Shown piece after piece: positions 18,353 to 27,321 of a DNA stretch of 32,000 bases (position 1 is the stretch's first letter; each line of letters begins with the position of its first letter). A model generated the notes under the pieces. That model did not search any database. It was given only the letters and a program-made list of their open reading frames with translations, and was not told where the DNA came from. This stretch comes from Alkalilimnicola ehrlichii MLHE-1 (lineage in GTDB: Bacteria; Pseudomonadota; Gammaproteobacteria; Nitrococcales; Halorhodospiraceae), in the NCBI RefSeq assembly GCF_000014785.1, contig NC_008340.1:810001-842000 (forward strand), read 5' to 3'. The position numbers and the translations under genes are program-made.

Positions 18353-19012
18353 ATGCAGATTGCTCCGAAAACCAACGCCGCCGTCAGCACCGACGTGGTG
18401 ATCTTCACCATCCGGGCCGGGCGGCTGAGCGTACTACTGGTGCGGCGGCAGAATGCGCCCTACGCCGGGCTCTGGTCATTGCCCGGTGGTCTGGTGGGCG
18501 AGGGCGAGGCCCTGGAGGACAGCGCGCTGCGCATCCTGCTGGAGAAGACCGGGGTCCAGGGGGTGTATCTGGAGCAGCTCTACACCTTTGGCCAGCCGGG
18601 GCGCGACCCGCGGGGGCGGGTCCTGACGGTGGCCTACTATGCGTTGGTCCCTTACGACCGGCTGCACGTGCGCGGCGGGGTGGAGCGGCTGGACTGGTTC
18701 CCGGAGGATGAATTGCCCCCGCTGGCCTTCGACCACCGGCAGATCGTAGGGATGGCGCGGCGCCGGCTGTCCGGCAAGCTCCACTACTCCACCATCGCCC
18801 TGCAGTTCATGCCAGAGGCGTTTACCCTGTCGGAGTTGCAGGGTGTGTATGAGACCCTTCTGGGCGAGCGCCTGGACAAGCGGAACTTCCGCAAACGCCT
18901 GCAGGCCCTGGACTGCCTGGAGGACACCGGAAAACGGTATAACGGCGGCAATCATCGCCCCGCGCGCCTGTACCGGGCGAAAAGCCCGGGTGAGGTGCGG
19001 ATCATCAGGTAG
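18353..19012 (+). CDS. nrtR: Nudix-domain transcriptional regulator, NrtR-like
   Basis: N-terminal Nudix-like fold (SVLLVRRQNAPYAGLWSLPGGLVGEGEALEDSALRILLEKTGV) with degenerate Nudix box, C-terminal winged-helix (TLSELQGVYETLLGERLDKRNFRKRL). Adjacent to nadA. Confidence 0.8.
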   Translation: MQIAPKTNAAVSTDVVIFTIRAGRLSVLLVRRQNAPYAGLWSLPGGLVGEGEALEDSALRILLEKTGVQGVYLEQLYTFGQPGRDPRGRVLTVAYYALVPYDRLHVRGGVERLDWFPEDELPPLAFDHRQIVGMARRRLSGKLHYSTIALQFMPEAFTLSELQGVYETLLGERLDKRNFRKRLQALDCLEDTGKRYNGGNHRPARLYRAKSPGEVRIIR

Positions 19013-19042
19013 CAACGGCGGCCCCGGGGCCGGAGGTTGATT

Positions 19043-20113
19043 ATGAGCAAGGCGCAGGCCATCCGCATGGAACGCCCTCGGTATTTTCGTGAGCAGCCGC
19101 AGCAGGCGGCGGAACGGGTGAGCGGTAGTGAGCGCGACCGCTTGATGGAGCGTATCAGCGACCTGTTGCGCGAACGTGACGCCGTGCTGGTGGCCCACTA
19201 CTACACCGATCCGGACCTGCAGATCCTGGCGGACCGGACCGGCGGCTATGTCTCCGATTCCCTGGATATGGCTCGCTTCGGCGCCGAGCACGAGGCCTCC
19301 ACCCTGGTGGTGGCGGGGGTGCGATTCATGGGCGAGACGGCCAAGATCCTCACCCCCGAGAAGCGCGTGCTCATGCCCGACCTGGAGGCCACCTGCTCGC
19401 TGGACGAGGGCTGCCCGCCGGACGCGTTCTCCGCCTGGTGTGATCGGCACCCCGACCGCACCGTGGTGGTCTACGCCAACACCTCGGCGGCGGTGAAGGC
19501 GCGTGCCGACTGGGTCGTGACCTCCAGCATCGCCCTGGACATCATCAACCATCTGAAGGCGCGGGGCGAGAAGATCCTCTGGGGTCCGGACAAACACCTG
19601 GGCGACTACCTGCAGCGGGAGACCGGGGCCGACATGCTGCTGTGGGATGGCAGCTGTATCGTCCACGAGGAGTTCAAGGGGCTGGAACTGGAGAAACTGC
19701 GAGGGGAACACCCCGAGGCCAAGGTGCTGGTCCACCCGGAATCACCCCGCGCGGTGGTCGAGCAGGCCGATGTGGTGGGGTCCACCTCCAAGCTGCTGGA
19801 GGCGGTGACCACCATGGATGCCCGCGAGTTTATCGTCGCCACCGACGCCGGCATCTTCCACAAGATGCTGGAGTCGGCCCCGGACAAGGTGCTGCTCAAG
19901 GCCCCCACGGCCGGCCGTGGGGCCACCTGCTCAAGCTGCGCCCACTGCCCCTGGATGGCCCTGAACGGCCTGCACAGCCTGCTCCGGGTGCTGGAGCGGG
20001 GCGACAACGAGATCCAGGTGGACGAGGCGGTGGCCGAGAAGGCCCGTGTCTCGCTGGGCCGGATGATGGACTTCGCCCGCGCGCACAAGCGGGCCGTGGC
20101 CGGTGATGCGTGA
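19043..20113 (+). CDS. nadA: Quinolinate synthase
   Basis: [67 protein letters not shown]; RBS CGGAGG 6 nt upstream of ATG. Confidence 0.95.
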   Translation: MSKAQAIRMERPRYFREQPQQAAERVSGSERDRLMERISDLLRERDAVLVAHYYTDPDLQILADRTGGYVSDSLDMARFGAEHEASTLVVAGVRFMGETAKILTPEKRVLMPDLEATCSLDEGCPPDAFSAWCDRHPDRTVVVYANTSAAVKARADWVVTSSIALDIINHLKARGEKILWGPDKHLGDYLQRETGADMLLWDGSCIVHEEFKGLELEKLRGEHPEAKVLVHPESPRAVVEQADVVGSTSKLLEAVTTMDAREFIVATDAGIFHKMLESAPDKVLLKAPTAGRGATCSSCAHCPWMALNGLHSLLRVLERGDNEIQVDEAVAEKARVSLGRMMDFARAHKRAVAGDA

Positions 20114-20128
20114 GGAGCCGCGGTACCC

Positions 20129-21280
20129 TTGCGTATCCCCCAGTTACTGATTGCTGTCTATTGTACCCTGCTGGCCTTCTCCGCCATTTACGCCCCGCAG
20201 CCGCTGCTGCCGGTGCTGCAGGGGGCGTTTGACGTCAGTGAGACCCGGGCCTCGCTGCTCATTACCGTGACCCTGCTGCCCCTGGCCATCGCCCCGGTGG
20301 CCTACGGCTTCGTCCTCCAGCGGTTCTCGGCCAAGCGCCTGCTGATCGGCGCCACCGCCCTGCTGGCGGTCACCGAGTACCTGATCTTCTTCGTCACCCA
20401 CTTCGAGCTGTTCCTGTTCCTGCGGCTGCTGCAGGGCCTGCTGATCCCGGCCATCCTCACCGCGCTCATGACCTATCTCTCGGCCAGCGCCGGACCGGGT
20501 CGCATCGCCCGGGTGATGGCCTTTTACGTGGCGGCGACGGTGCTGGGCGGGTTCCTCGGCCGGGCGCTGTCCGGTCTGATCTCCACCGGCTTTGGCTGGC
20601 GCTGGTCGTTCCTATTCCTGGGGCTCGCCCTGACCGTCTGCGTGCTGCTGCTGCGACGGCTGGACGCCGACCCGCCGGTCAGTTTTCAGAAGCTGCGTGC
20701 GGGGACGGTGGTGGCGGTATTGCGTCAGCCCAGTTTCCTGCGGCTGTACGGGGTGATCTTCTGCGCCTTCTACGTCTTCGCCTCATTGCTGAACTTCCTG
20801 CCCTTCCGCCTGGTGGAGCTGGGCAGTGGCATGAACGAGACCGGGATCGCCCTGATGTACTCCGGCTACCTCATGGGCGTGGTCACCTCGCTGCTCTCCC
20901 TGCGGATCGCGGGGCGCATCGGCGGGCCGGTCAACACCATGCTGCTGGGGACAGTGATCTTCGCCGGCTCCCTGCTCTTCTTCCTGGGGCATTCGCTGTG
21001 GCTGATCTTCGCCGGCATGTTTGTCTTCTGCGGAGGCATGTTTCTCATCCATTCGCTGGCCCCCGGTTTTCTCAACCAGCGGGCTGGGGAACAGCGGGGC
21101 GTGGTGAATGGCCTCTATATCGCCTTCTATTATGCGGGTGGCACAGTGGGCTCCTTCATACCCGGCTTCATTTACCACAGCCTCGGCTGGGCGGCCTACC
21201 TGGCATCGCTGGCGGCGGTACTGGCCCTGGCGGGCTATTGGCTGACAGGATTGCGCCGACAGACGGTGCCGGCGAACTGA
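20129..21280 (+). CDS. MFS transporter (YnfM-like)
   Basis: 383 aa, 12-TM-like hydrophobic profile, IYAPQPLLPVLQGAFDVSETRASLLITVTLLPLAIAP, AKRLLIGATALLAVT; TTG start. Confidence 0.8.
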   Translation: MRIPQLLIAVYCTLLAFSAIYAPQPLLPVLQGAFDVSETRASLLITVTLLPLAIAPVAYGFVLQRFSAKRLLIGATALLAVTEYLIFFVTHFELFLFLRLLQGLLIPAILTALMTYLSASAGPGRIARVMAFYVAATVLGGFLGRALSGLISTGFGWRWSFLFLGLALTVCVLLLRRLDADPPVSFQKLRAGTVVAVLRQPSFLRLYGVIFCAFYVFASLLNFLPFRLVELGSGMNETGIALMYSGYLMGVVTSLLSLRIAGRIGGPVNTMLLGTVIFAGSLLFFLGHSLWLIFAGMFVFCGGMFLIHSLAPGFLNQRAGEQRGVVNGLYIAFYYAGGTVGSFIPGFIYHSLGWAAYLASLAAVLALAGYWLTGLRRQTVPAN

Positions 21281-21377
21281 CCGTGCGCAAGGTTGGCGGG
21301 CGCCTTGCCGCTGGACCTCGGTGCCCGGTGCGAATACCCTGGAGTGGACCAGGATTAGGCCTAAAGCAGGGGGTGTA

Positions 21378-23069
21378 ATGGCAGGGGACGACAAACCGGG
21401 GCACCGGCGGATCCTGGACCCCTGGGGGGTGACGGGGGCCTACGCGGAGCTGGGTCGCCGCTGGCTGCGCCAGCCCGACCATGTGCAGAGCATGGCGCTG
21501 CGCTGCGCCGCCAATGGGGCGGCGCTCACCGAGACGTTCTGGCGCCAGGCGCTCGGGTTGCCCCGGCAGGCCGTGGAGACGCCGCACCCGGAGGATATCC
21601 GGTTCAGCGATCCGGCCTGGGAGGGTAATGCGCTGCTCAACCGGATGATGCAGGCCTACCTGGTCCATACGCGCTGGCTGATGGACGCGCTCTATGAAAC
21701 GCCCGACATGGATCCTCGTGCGTTGCAGCGCGCGGCCTTCTGGACCCGTCAGTGGGTGGATGCGGTGGCGCCCGGCAACTGCTTCCTGAGCAATCCGGAG
21801 GCGCTGCAACGGGTCATTGAGACCGGCGGTGAGAGTCTTGGCCAGGGTCTGCAGCGGTTTCTGAGCGATCTGCTGACCGGTGAACTGCCGATGACCGATC
21901 GGGAGGCCTTCCGGGTCGGGGGCAATATCGCCGAGACCCCGGGGCAGGTGGTCTACCGCAACCGGCTGGTGGAGGTCATCCAGTACCGGCCGGCCACCGA
22001 CACGGTCTATGCGACTCCGCTGCTCTTCGTGCCGCCGTGGATCAACAGGTTCTATATCCTCGACCTCAACCGGCGCAAGAGCATGGTGCGCTGGCTGGTG
22101 GCGCAGGGCTACACGGTCTTTCTCATCAGTTGGAAGAACCCGGGCGCCGAGATGCGCGACCTGCACTTCGAGGACTACCTCACCGAAGGGCTCGACCCGG
22201 CGGTGCAGGCGGTGCGGGAGATCACCCGCGCACCGGCCCTGCATGCGGCCGGCTACTGCATCGGCGGGACCCTGTTGAGCTGCTATATGGCTTGGTCCAA
22301 CCGGGGGCCGGAGGGGGCGGCCGGCAACCCCATCGCCCATTGGACCACCTTCACCACGCTCGTGGACTTCGAAGACCCGGGTGAGATCGGTGCCTTTATC
22401 AGCGAGGAGTCGCTGGAGGCGCTGGACCGGCTGATGGACGGTCACGGCTATTTGCCGGGGGAGGCCCTCGCCTTCTCCTTCCGCATGCTCCGGCCCAATA
22501 CCTTGATCTGGCAGTACTACATCAATAATTACCTGCACGGGCGGGATCCGGCCCCCTTCGATGTGCTGTACTGGAATACGGATAACACCCGGTTGCCCAA
22601 GGCCATGCACAGTTGGTACCTGCGCCAGTGCTATCTGCACAACCGCCTGCGCGAGCCGGACGGCGTTGTGCTCGCCGGGCGGCCCATTGACCTGGGCCGT
22701 ATCGACCAACCGCTATACTGTGTGGCGACGGTGGACGACCATATCGCTCCCTGGCGCCAGGTCTTCCGGCTGCCCGGGCGGGTGCGCGGCGCGACGCGCG
22801 GGGTCTTGAGCACCTCCGGGCACATCTTCGGTATCGTCAATCCGCCGGTGGATCCGCCCAAGCGCAGCTACTGGGCGGGGGACGCCACGGGTGTCACCGA
22901 CCCCGATGCCTGGAAGGCGGACCAGGCAAAGACCCCCGGGTCTTGGTGGGAGGACTGGCACGCCTGGTTGTCCGCCCGCAGCGGTGACCGGGTCGCGCCG
23001 CCATCGATGGGTAACGCGGGGTATCCGCCGCTGGCTGATGCGCCGGGCCACTACGTACTGGAGTCCTGA
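21378..23069 (+). CDS. phaC: Polyhydroxyalkanoate synthase / PhaC-family alpha/beta hydrolase
   Basis: Lipase-like box GYCIGG, TPLLFVPPWINRFYILDLNRRKSMVRWLVAQGYTVFLISWKNP, SGHIFGIVNPP; ATG behind CAGGGGGTG. Confidence 0.9.
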   Translation: MAGDDKPGHRRILDPWGVTGAYAELGRRWLRQPDHVQSMALRCAANGAALTETFWRQALGLPRQAVETPHPEDIRFSDPAWEGNALLNRMMQAYLVHTRWLMDALYETPDMDPRALQRAAFWTRQWVDAVAPGNCFLSNPEALQRVIETGGESLGQGLQRFLSDLLTGELPMTDREAFRVGGNIAETPGQVVYRNRLVEVIQYRPATDTVYATPLLFVPPWINRFYILDLNRRKSMVRWLVAQGYTVFLISWKNPGAEMRDLHFEDYLTEGLDPAVQAVREITRAPALHAAGYCIGGTLLSCYMAWSNRGPEGAAGNPIAHWTTFTTLVDFEDPGEIGAFISEESLEALDRLMDGHGYLPGEALAFSFRMLRPNTLIWQYYINNYLHGRDPAPFDVLYWNTDNTRLPKAMHSWYLRQCYLHNRLREPDGVVLAGRPIDLGRIDQPLYCVATVDDHIAPWRQVFRLPGRVRGATRGVLSTSGHIFGIVNPPVDPPKRSYWAGDATGVTDPDAWKADQAKTPGSWWEDWHAWLSARSGDRVAPPSMGNAGYPPLADAPGHYVLES

Positions 23070-23110
23070 GTCCACAGGGCTCAGGGAACCGTCTGACCGG
23101 AGGTCGGTGA

Positions 23111-24001
23111 ATGAGTGCTGCAGTACCGATCCGCATGCCCGATGTGCGCCGCTGGCCGGAGGTGGATGTCCCTGTGGCGGACGCCGGGGCGCTGGCCGCG
23201 TTCCTGCTGCGCCATCCCCGGACCCTGGTGCTGACCGGCGCCGGCATCAGCACCGGTTCTGGCATCCCGGCCTACCGGGACCGCGAGGGTCGCTGGGTGC
23301 ATCGCCAGCCGATGCAGTACCAGGCCTTCATGGGCAGCGACCGGCTCCGGCGCCGTTACTGGGCTCGCAGTTATCTGGGCTGGCCGCGCATGCAGCAGGC
23401 CCGGCCCAACCCCGCCCACAGCGCTCTCGCCTCGCTGCAGCAGGCCGGCCACCTCGGCGGCCTGGTGACCCAGAACGTGGACCGGCTGCACCACAAGGCG
23501 GGCAGCCCATCGGTAACTGAGCTGCACGGCACCCTTTCCGAGGTGGTCTGCCAGGATTGTGGACGACGGGAGCCGCGTGAGTCGCTGCAGGCGGAGCTGA
23601 GCGCGCTCAATCCCGGCTGGGTCGCGGCGGTCCATGGGCTCAACCCGGATGGCGATGCGGAGCTGGATGAGGACGTTTACGACGACTTCCGGATCGCCCA
23701 TTGCCACGGTTGCGGCGGGGTGCTGAAACCGGATGTGGTCTTCTTCGGTGAGAGCGTGCCCTCCGCCCGAGTGACCGCGGTGCGTGCGGCGCTGGCCATC
23801 AGCGACGCCGTGTTGGTGGTGGGTTCGTCACTGGTGGTCTGGTCAGGCTACCGCTTCGCACGCGAGGCGGCGGCCCAGGGCAAGCCGGTGGTCGCCATCA
23901 ACCAGGGCCGCACCCGCGCTGACGGGCTGCTTCGGTTCAAGGTCGAGGCCCCCTGCGATGCGGTGCTACCGGCGGTGGCGCAGCAACTGAGCGGGGCCTG
24001 A
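23111..24001 (+). CDS. NAD-dependent protein deacylase, Sir2 family
   Basis: LVLTGAGISTGSGIPAYRDREG, LVTQNVDRLHHKAGSPSVTELHGTL, Zn cysteines CQDCG / CHGCGG, LKPDVVFFGESVP, VVGSSLVVWSG. Confidence 0.92.
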   Translation: MSAAVPIRMPDVRRWPEVDVPVADAGALAAFLLRHPRTLVLTGAGISTGSGIPAYRDREGRWVHRQPMQYQAFMGSDRLRRRYWARSYLGWPRMQQARPNPAHSALASLQQAGHLGGLVTQNVDRLHHKAGSPSVTELHGTLSEVVCQDCGRREPRESLQAELSALNPGWVAAVHGLNPDGDAELDEDVYDDFRIAHCHGCGGVLKPDVVFFGESVPSARVTAVRAALAISDAVLVVGSSLVVWSGYRFAREAAAQGKPVVAINQGRTRADGLLRFKVEAPCDAVLPAVAQQLSGA

Positions 24002-24130
24002 CCGGATCAGGAGCGGCGGGGAAAGGGGGTCATCAGGTCGGTCAGGTGATCCGTGCGATGTGCGTGGCCGCCGGGACCGGCGTGTGGTCAGGCTCTCGGC
24101 CAGGGGGCCGTCTAGCAGGAGGCGGGCGGC

Positions 24131-25090
24131 TCAGAGCGCCCCGCCGCAGCTGGACCCCTGGCCAGCGGTACAACCGTAGCAGTGATCGGCGACGGCAATC
24201 GGCTCGCCGCTCAGATCACGCCCGATCAGATCCCGAAGGTGGCTGCGCGGCCTGTGGCCAGCGCCCAGGGGAATGGCCAGCATCTGGTTGAAGTCGCAAT
24301 CGTAGACGTAGCCGCGCCAGTCCACGCTGAGCAGGCTACGGCACATGACGTTGGCGAGGTTCTCCGGCCGGTAGGCGGACTTGAGCAAGGCCATGTAGGC
24401 CTCGTACTGTCCTGATTTGTAGAGCTGTTTGGCGAAGCGGTGGATGGGCATGTTGGTGATGGTGAACAGGCCGTTGAAGACAATGCCGAACTCGTCCGCC
24501 AGGTGCTGTTTGTAGTCCGCCTCCAGTTGGTCCTGGGGTGGCGGCAGCGTGGCGCCCAAGGGATTGTAGACCAGGTTCAGGGGTAGTCCGCTGCCGGGTT
24601 GGCCGTAGCCCACCGCGTTGAGCTGCCGCAGGCCGCGGATGCTCTGCTCGAAGACCCCCTCGCCGCGCTGGCTGTCGACGTTGTCTGCCGAATAACAGGG
24701 CAGCGAGGCCACCACCTCCACCCGGTGGGCGGCGAGGAAGTTGGCCAGACCCTCCTGTCCAGGCTGCTCCAGCACGGTGAGGTTGCAGCGGTCCATCACC
24801 TGCACGCCGAGCCCGTGGGCCTGCTCCACCAGGTAGTGGAACTGCGGGTTGAGCTCCGGCGCCCCGCCGGTGAGATCCAGGGTGCGCGCCCCGGAATGGC
24901 GCAGATAGGCTAGCACCAGGTCGGCGGTGGCGCGGTCCATCTTCTCCTTGCGGTTGGGGCCGGCATTGACGTGGCAGTGGAAGCAGGTCTGGTTGCACAC
25001 GTAGCCGACGTTCACCTGCAGGGTCTCCAGCCGCCGGCGACGGATGGCCGGGAAGGTGGTCGGTTGCAGTTGCGGAAAGGTGGCGCTCAT
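24131..25090 (-). CDS. arsS: ArsS-like (arsenosugar biosynthesis) radical SAM protein
   Basis: 319 aa. Radical SAM CX3CX2C motif in LQVNVGYVCNQTCFHCHVNAGPNRKEKM, LDLTGGAPELNPQF, ASLPCYSADNVDSQRGEGVF, C-terminal Cys motif CYGCTAGQGSSCGG. Confidence 0.85.
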   Translation of the reverse strand: MSATFPQLQPTTFPAIRRRRLETLQVNVGYVCNQTCFHCHVNAGPNRKEKMDRATADLVLAYLRHSGARTLDLTGGAPELNPQFHYLVEQAHGLGVQVMDRCNLTVLEQPGQEGLANFLAAHRVEVVASLPCYSADNVDSQRGEGVFEQSIRGLRQLNAVGYGQPGSGLPLNLVYNPLGATLPPPQDQLEADYKQHLADEFGIVFNGLFTITNMPIHRFAKQLYKSGQYEAYMALLKSAYRPENLANVMCRSLLSVDWRGYVYDCDFNQMLAIPLGAGHRPRSHLRDLIGRDLSGEPIAVADHCYGCTAGQGSSCGGAL

Positions 25091-25120
25091 GAAACCTCCG
25101 TCTGATGGTGGCGGGCGCGG

Positions 25121-26542
25121 CTAGCGCCCCGGCAGCCAGCGCTGCAGGAAGGCAACCAGTTTTCGCGTTCTGTCACTGTAGAGTTGCTCGGTGTAGCGGG
25201 TGTTCACCGCCCGCCGAAAGACCTGAGCCAGGGTGGGGTAGGCGTGTATGGCCGCCGCCAGGGTGCCCACCCGCAGCCGGGCCTGGATGGCCAGCACCGC
25301 CTCGTGGATCAGTTCGCCGGCGTGCGGACCTAACACGCTGGCCCCCACCAGGCGGCCCCGGCGCACGATCAGTTTCGCCTGTCCGGCGGTCTCGCCCTCG
25401 GCCAGGGCCCGGTCGACCTCACGGAAGGGGAAGCGCAGCACCTCTACCTTGAGATTGCGGGCCCGGGCCTCGTCCTCGGTCAGCCCGACGGTGGCCAGTT
25501 CAGGGGCCGTGTAGGTCACCCAGGGCACGACCCGGTAATCCACCTTTTTCGGGATGCGGAACAGGGCGTTGGCAATGACAATTCCGGCCTGGTACTCGGC
25601 CATGTGGGTAAAGGGGTAAGGCCCGCAGCAGTCCCCCACGGCGTAGATGTGGCGGACGCTGCTGCGCTGGCGCCGGTCCACCCGGATGCCGCGCGGGCCG
25701 TAGGCCACCCCGGCCGCCTCCAGGCCGAGATCCAGGTTGGGCTTGCGCCCGGCCGCCAGCAGCAGGGCGTCGGCCGTCACCGTCCAGTGGCTCTCGCCGT
25801 TGCGACAGGCCAGCCGGGTGATCCCTTCCGATTGCTCCACCCGTTCCACGGTGGTGGCGGTGTGCACGGTGATGCCCTCGGCGTCCAGCACCGAGCGCAG
25901 TTCCGCGGCCTGCTCCGCGTCGTCCCGGGGCAGGATCTGTGCGGCCATCTCCACCACCGTGACCTGGCTGCCGAGCCGGCTGAAGGCCTGGGCCAGCTCA
26001 ATACCGATCGGACCGCCGCCCATAACCGCCAGCCGGCGCGGCAGGGTGCGCAGTTGGAAGATGGTCTCGTTGGTGTGGAACCCCGCCTCGGCCAGCCCCG
26101 GCACCGGGGGGACGGCCGGCGCGGATCCGGTGGCGATCACGAAGCGGCGGGCCTGGAGCCGCTCACCGTCGACGCTGACGGTGTCGCGGTCGAGGAAGCG
26201 GGCGTGGCCGAACCGGACGTCCACCCCGTAACCGCGGAAGCGGTCCGGGTCATCGTGGACCTGGATCTGGTCGATCACCTGCCGGACCCGGTCCATGACC
26301 GCGCCCAGGTCCACCGGGCCCAGTTCGGCCTGCAGGCCGAACTCCCCGGCGCGGCGGGTCAGGGCTGCCACCTCGGCCGAGCGGATCAGCGTCTTGCTAG
26401 GCACACAGCCGTAGTGCAGGCAGTCGCCGCCCAGATTGGCACCGGCGTCGATGAGCACGGTCTTCACCCCGAGCTGACCGGCGACACTGGCGGTCACCAG
26501 CCCCCCCACGCCGCCACCGATAATGATCAGATCCTGTTTCAT
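25121..26542 (-). CDS. FAD-dependent pyridine nucleotide-disulfide oxidoreductase (mercuric reductase/lipoamide dehydrogenase-like)
   Basis: 473 aa, GGGVGGLVTASVAGQLG, redox pair GGDCLHYGCVPSK, YAVGDCCG, C-terminal dimerisation domain with HAYPTLAQVFRRAV. Lacks the C-terminal vicinal Cys pair and N-terminal HMA domain of true MerA. ATGA overlap with the TVP38 gene. Confidence 0.88.
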   Translation of the reverse strand: MKQDLIIIGGGVGGLVTASVAGQLGVKTVLIDAGANLGGDCLHYGCVPSKTLIRSAEVAALTRRAGEFGLQAELGPVDLGAVMDRVRQVIDQIQVHDDPDRFRGYGVDVRFGHARFLDRDTVSVDGERLQARRFVIATGSAPAVPPVPGLAEAGFHTNETIFQLRTLPRRLAVMGGGPIGIELAQAFSRLGSQVTVVEMAAQILPRDDAEQAAELRSVLDAEGITVHTATTVERVEQSEGITRLACRNGESHWTVTADALLLAAGRKPNLDLGLEAAGVAYGPRGIRVDRRQRSSVRHIYAVGDCCGPYPFTHMAEYQAGIVIANALFRIPKKVDYRVVPWVTYTAPELATVGLTEDEARARNLKVEVLRFPFREVDRALAEGETAGQAKLIVRRGRLVGASVLGPHAGELIHEAVLAIQARLRVGTLAAAIHAYPTLAQVFRRAVNTRYTEQLYSDRTRKLVAFLQRWLPGR

Positions 26543-27228
26543 GCATCCCCCCCGGTGGCCGGTTTCTCATCGGGCAACGGCTGCCGGCGGATGCGGCGGA
26601 TCAGACGGGGCAGAAACAGCACCACCGCCAGCAGGGCCAGGGCGATCAGCACCGCCTGGATGGCGCGCTCGCCCCCAGCGATGGCCTCGGCGCCCGCGTA
26701 GCCGAGCCAGGTGTAGGCCAGTGCCCCGGGGGCCATGCAGACGAACGTCGCGATCAGGTAGTGGGCGAGCGGGATGCGGGTCAGCCCCAGGGCGTAGTTG
26801 AGCAGGTTGAAGGGGAACAGTGGCACCAGCCGGGTCAGGGCGACGAAACGCCAGCCCTCGCGCTCCACCCCGGCGATGACGCGGCCGAGCTGGCCACCGG
26901 CCTTGCGTGCCACCCAGTCAGCGGCCAGATGGCGGGCCACCAGGAAGGCCAGTCCGGCACCCACGGTGGCCCCGATCAGGCTGTAGAGCGTGCCCCAGAG
27001 CGGGCCGAAGAGCACACCCCCGGCGAGGGTGAAGACCGAACCGGGGACGAAGCCCACCGCCGCGATCGCGTAGGCCCCCATAAAGGCCAGGGGCGCCCAG
27101 GGCCCCAGGTCATCCAGTGTGGCCCGCAACACGTCCACCTGCAGGTGGTCGCGCAAGGCCCAGGCCAGGGCGATGACCAGGGTCAGCCCGAGGACGATGA
27201 GTGCTTTGCGGATGAGCCGGCGCGGCAT
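26539..27228 (-). CDS. TVP38/TMEM64 (SNARE-associated, DedA superfamily) membrane protein
   Basis: 229 aa, LGPWAPLAFMGAYAIAAVGFVPGSVFTLAGGVLFGPLWGTLYSLIGATVGAGLAFLVARHL, GWRFVALTRLVPLFPFNLLNYALGLTRIPLAHYLIATF. Confidence 0.88.
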   Translation of the reverse strand: MPRRLIRKALIVLGLTLVIALAWALRDHLQVDVLRATLDDLGPWAPLAFMGAYAIAAVGFVPGSVFTLAGGVLFGPLWGTLYSLIGATVGAGLAFLVARHLAADWVARKAGGQLGRVIAGVEREGWRFVALTRLVPLFPFNLLNYALGLTRIPLAHYLIATFVCMAPGALAYTWLGYAGAEAIAGGERAIQAVLIALALLAVVLFLPRLIRRIRRQPLPDEKPATGGDA

Positions 27229-27234
27229 GGGTTC

Positions 27235-27284
27235 CCCCGGTGCGTAGGATTTGACTGTCAGTATCCTGGAATCCTACACCGGGG
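27235..27284 (-). promoter_or_regulatory. Long stem-loop in the 5' leader of the TVP38/TMEM64 gene, overlapping its Shine-Dalgarno region
   Basis: + strand CCCCGGTGCGTAGGATT (27235-27251) pairs with AATCCTACACCGGGG (27270-27284): 15 bp with a 2-nt bulge and 18-nt loop. Minus-strand start codon at 27228-27226. Confidence 0.6.
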
Positions 27285-27321
27285 AGTATCCGTAATACCC
27301 GAACCCGCGCACCGGGTGGGG

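Noticed and set aside
21355-21364. Perfect palindrome TTAGGCCTAA just upstream of the phaC RBS
   Set aside because: Ten-base palindromes occur by chance, and there is no second copy or linked promoter element to support it as an operator.
25121-26542. Calling this gene merA (mercuric reductase)
   Set aside because: The C-terminal vicinal cysteines and HMA domain needed for Hg(II) handling are absent, and no merR/T/P is nearby.
27235-27284. Classical rho-independent terminator of the TDT/SLAC1-like gene
   Set aside because: The stem is long but not followed by a U-tract; it runs directly into the Shine-Dalgarno and start codon of the next gene.
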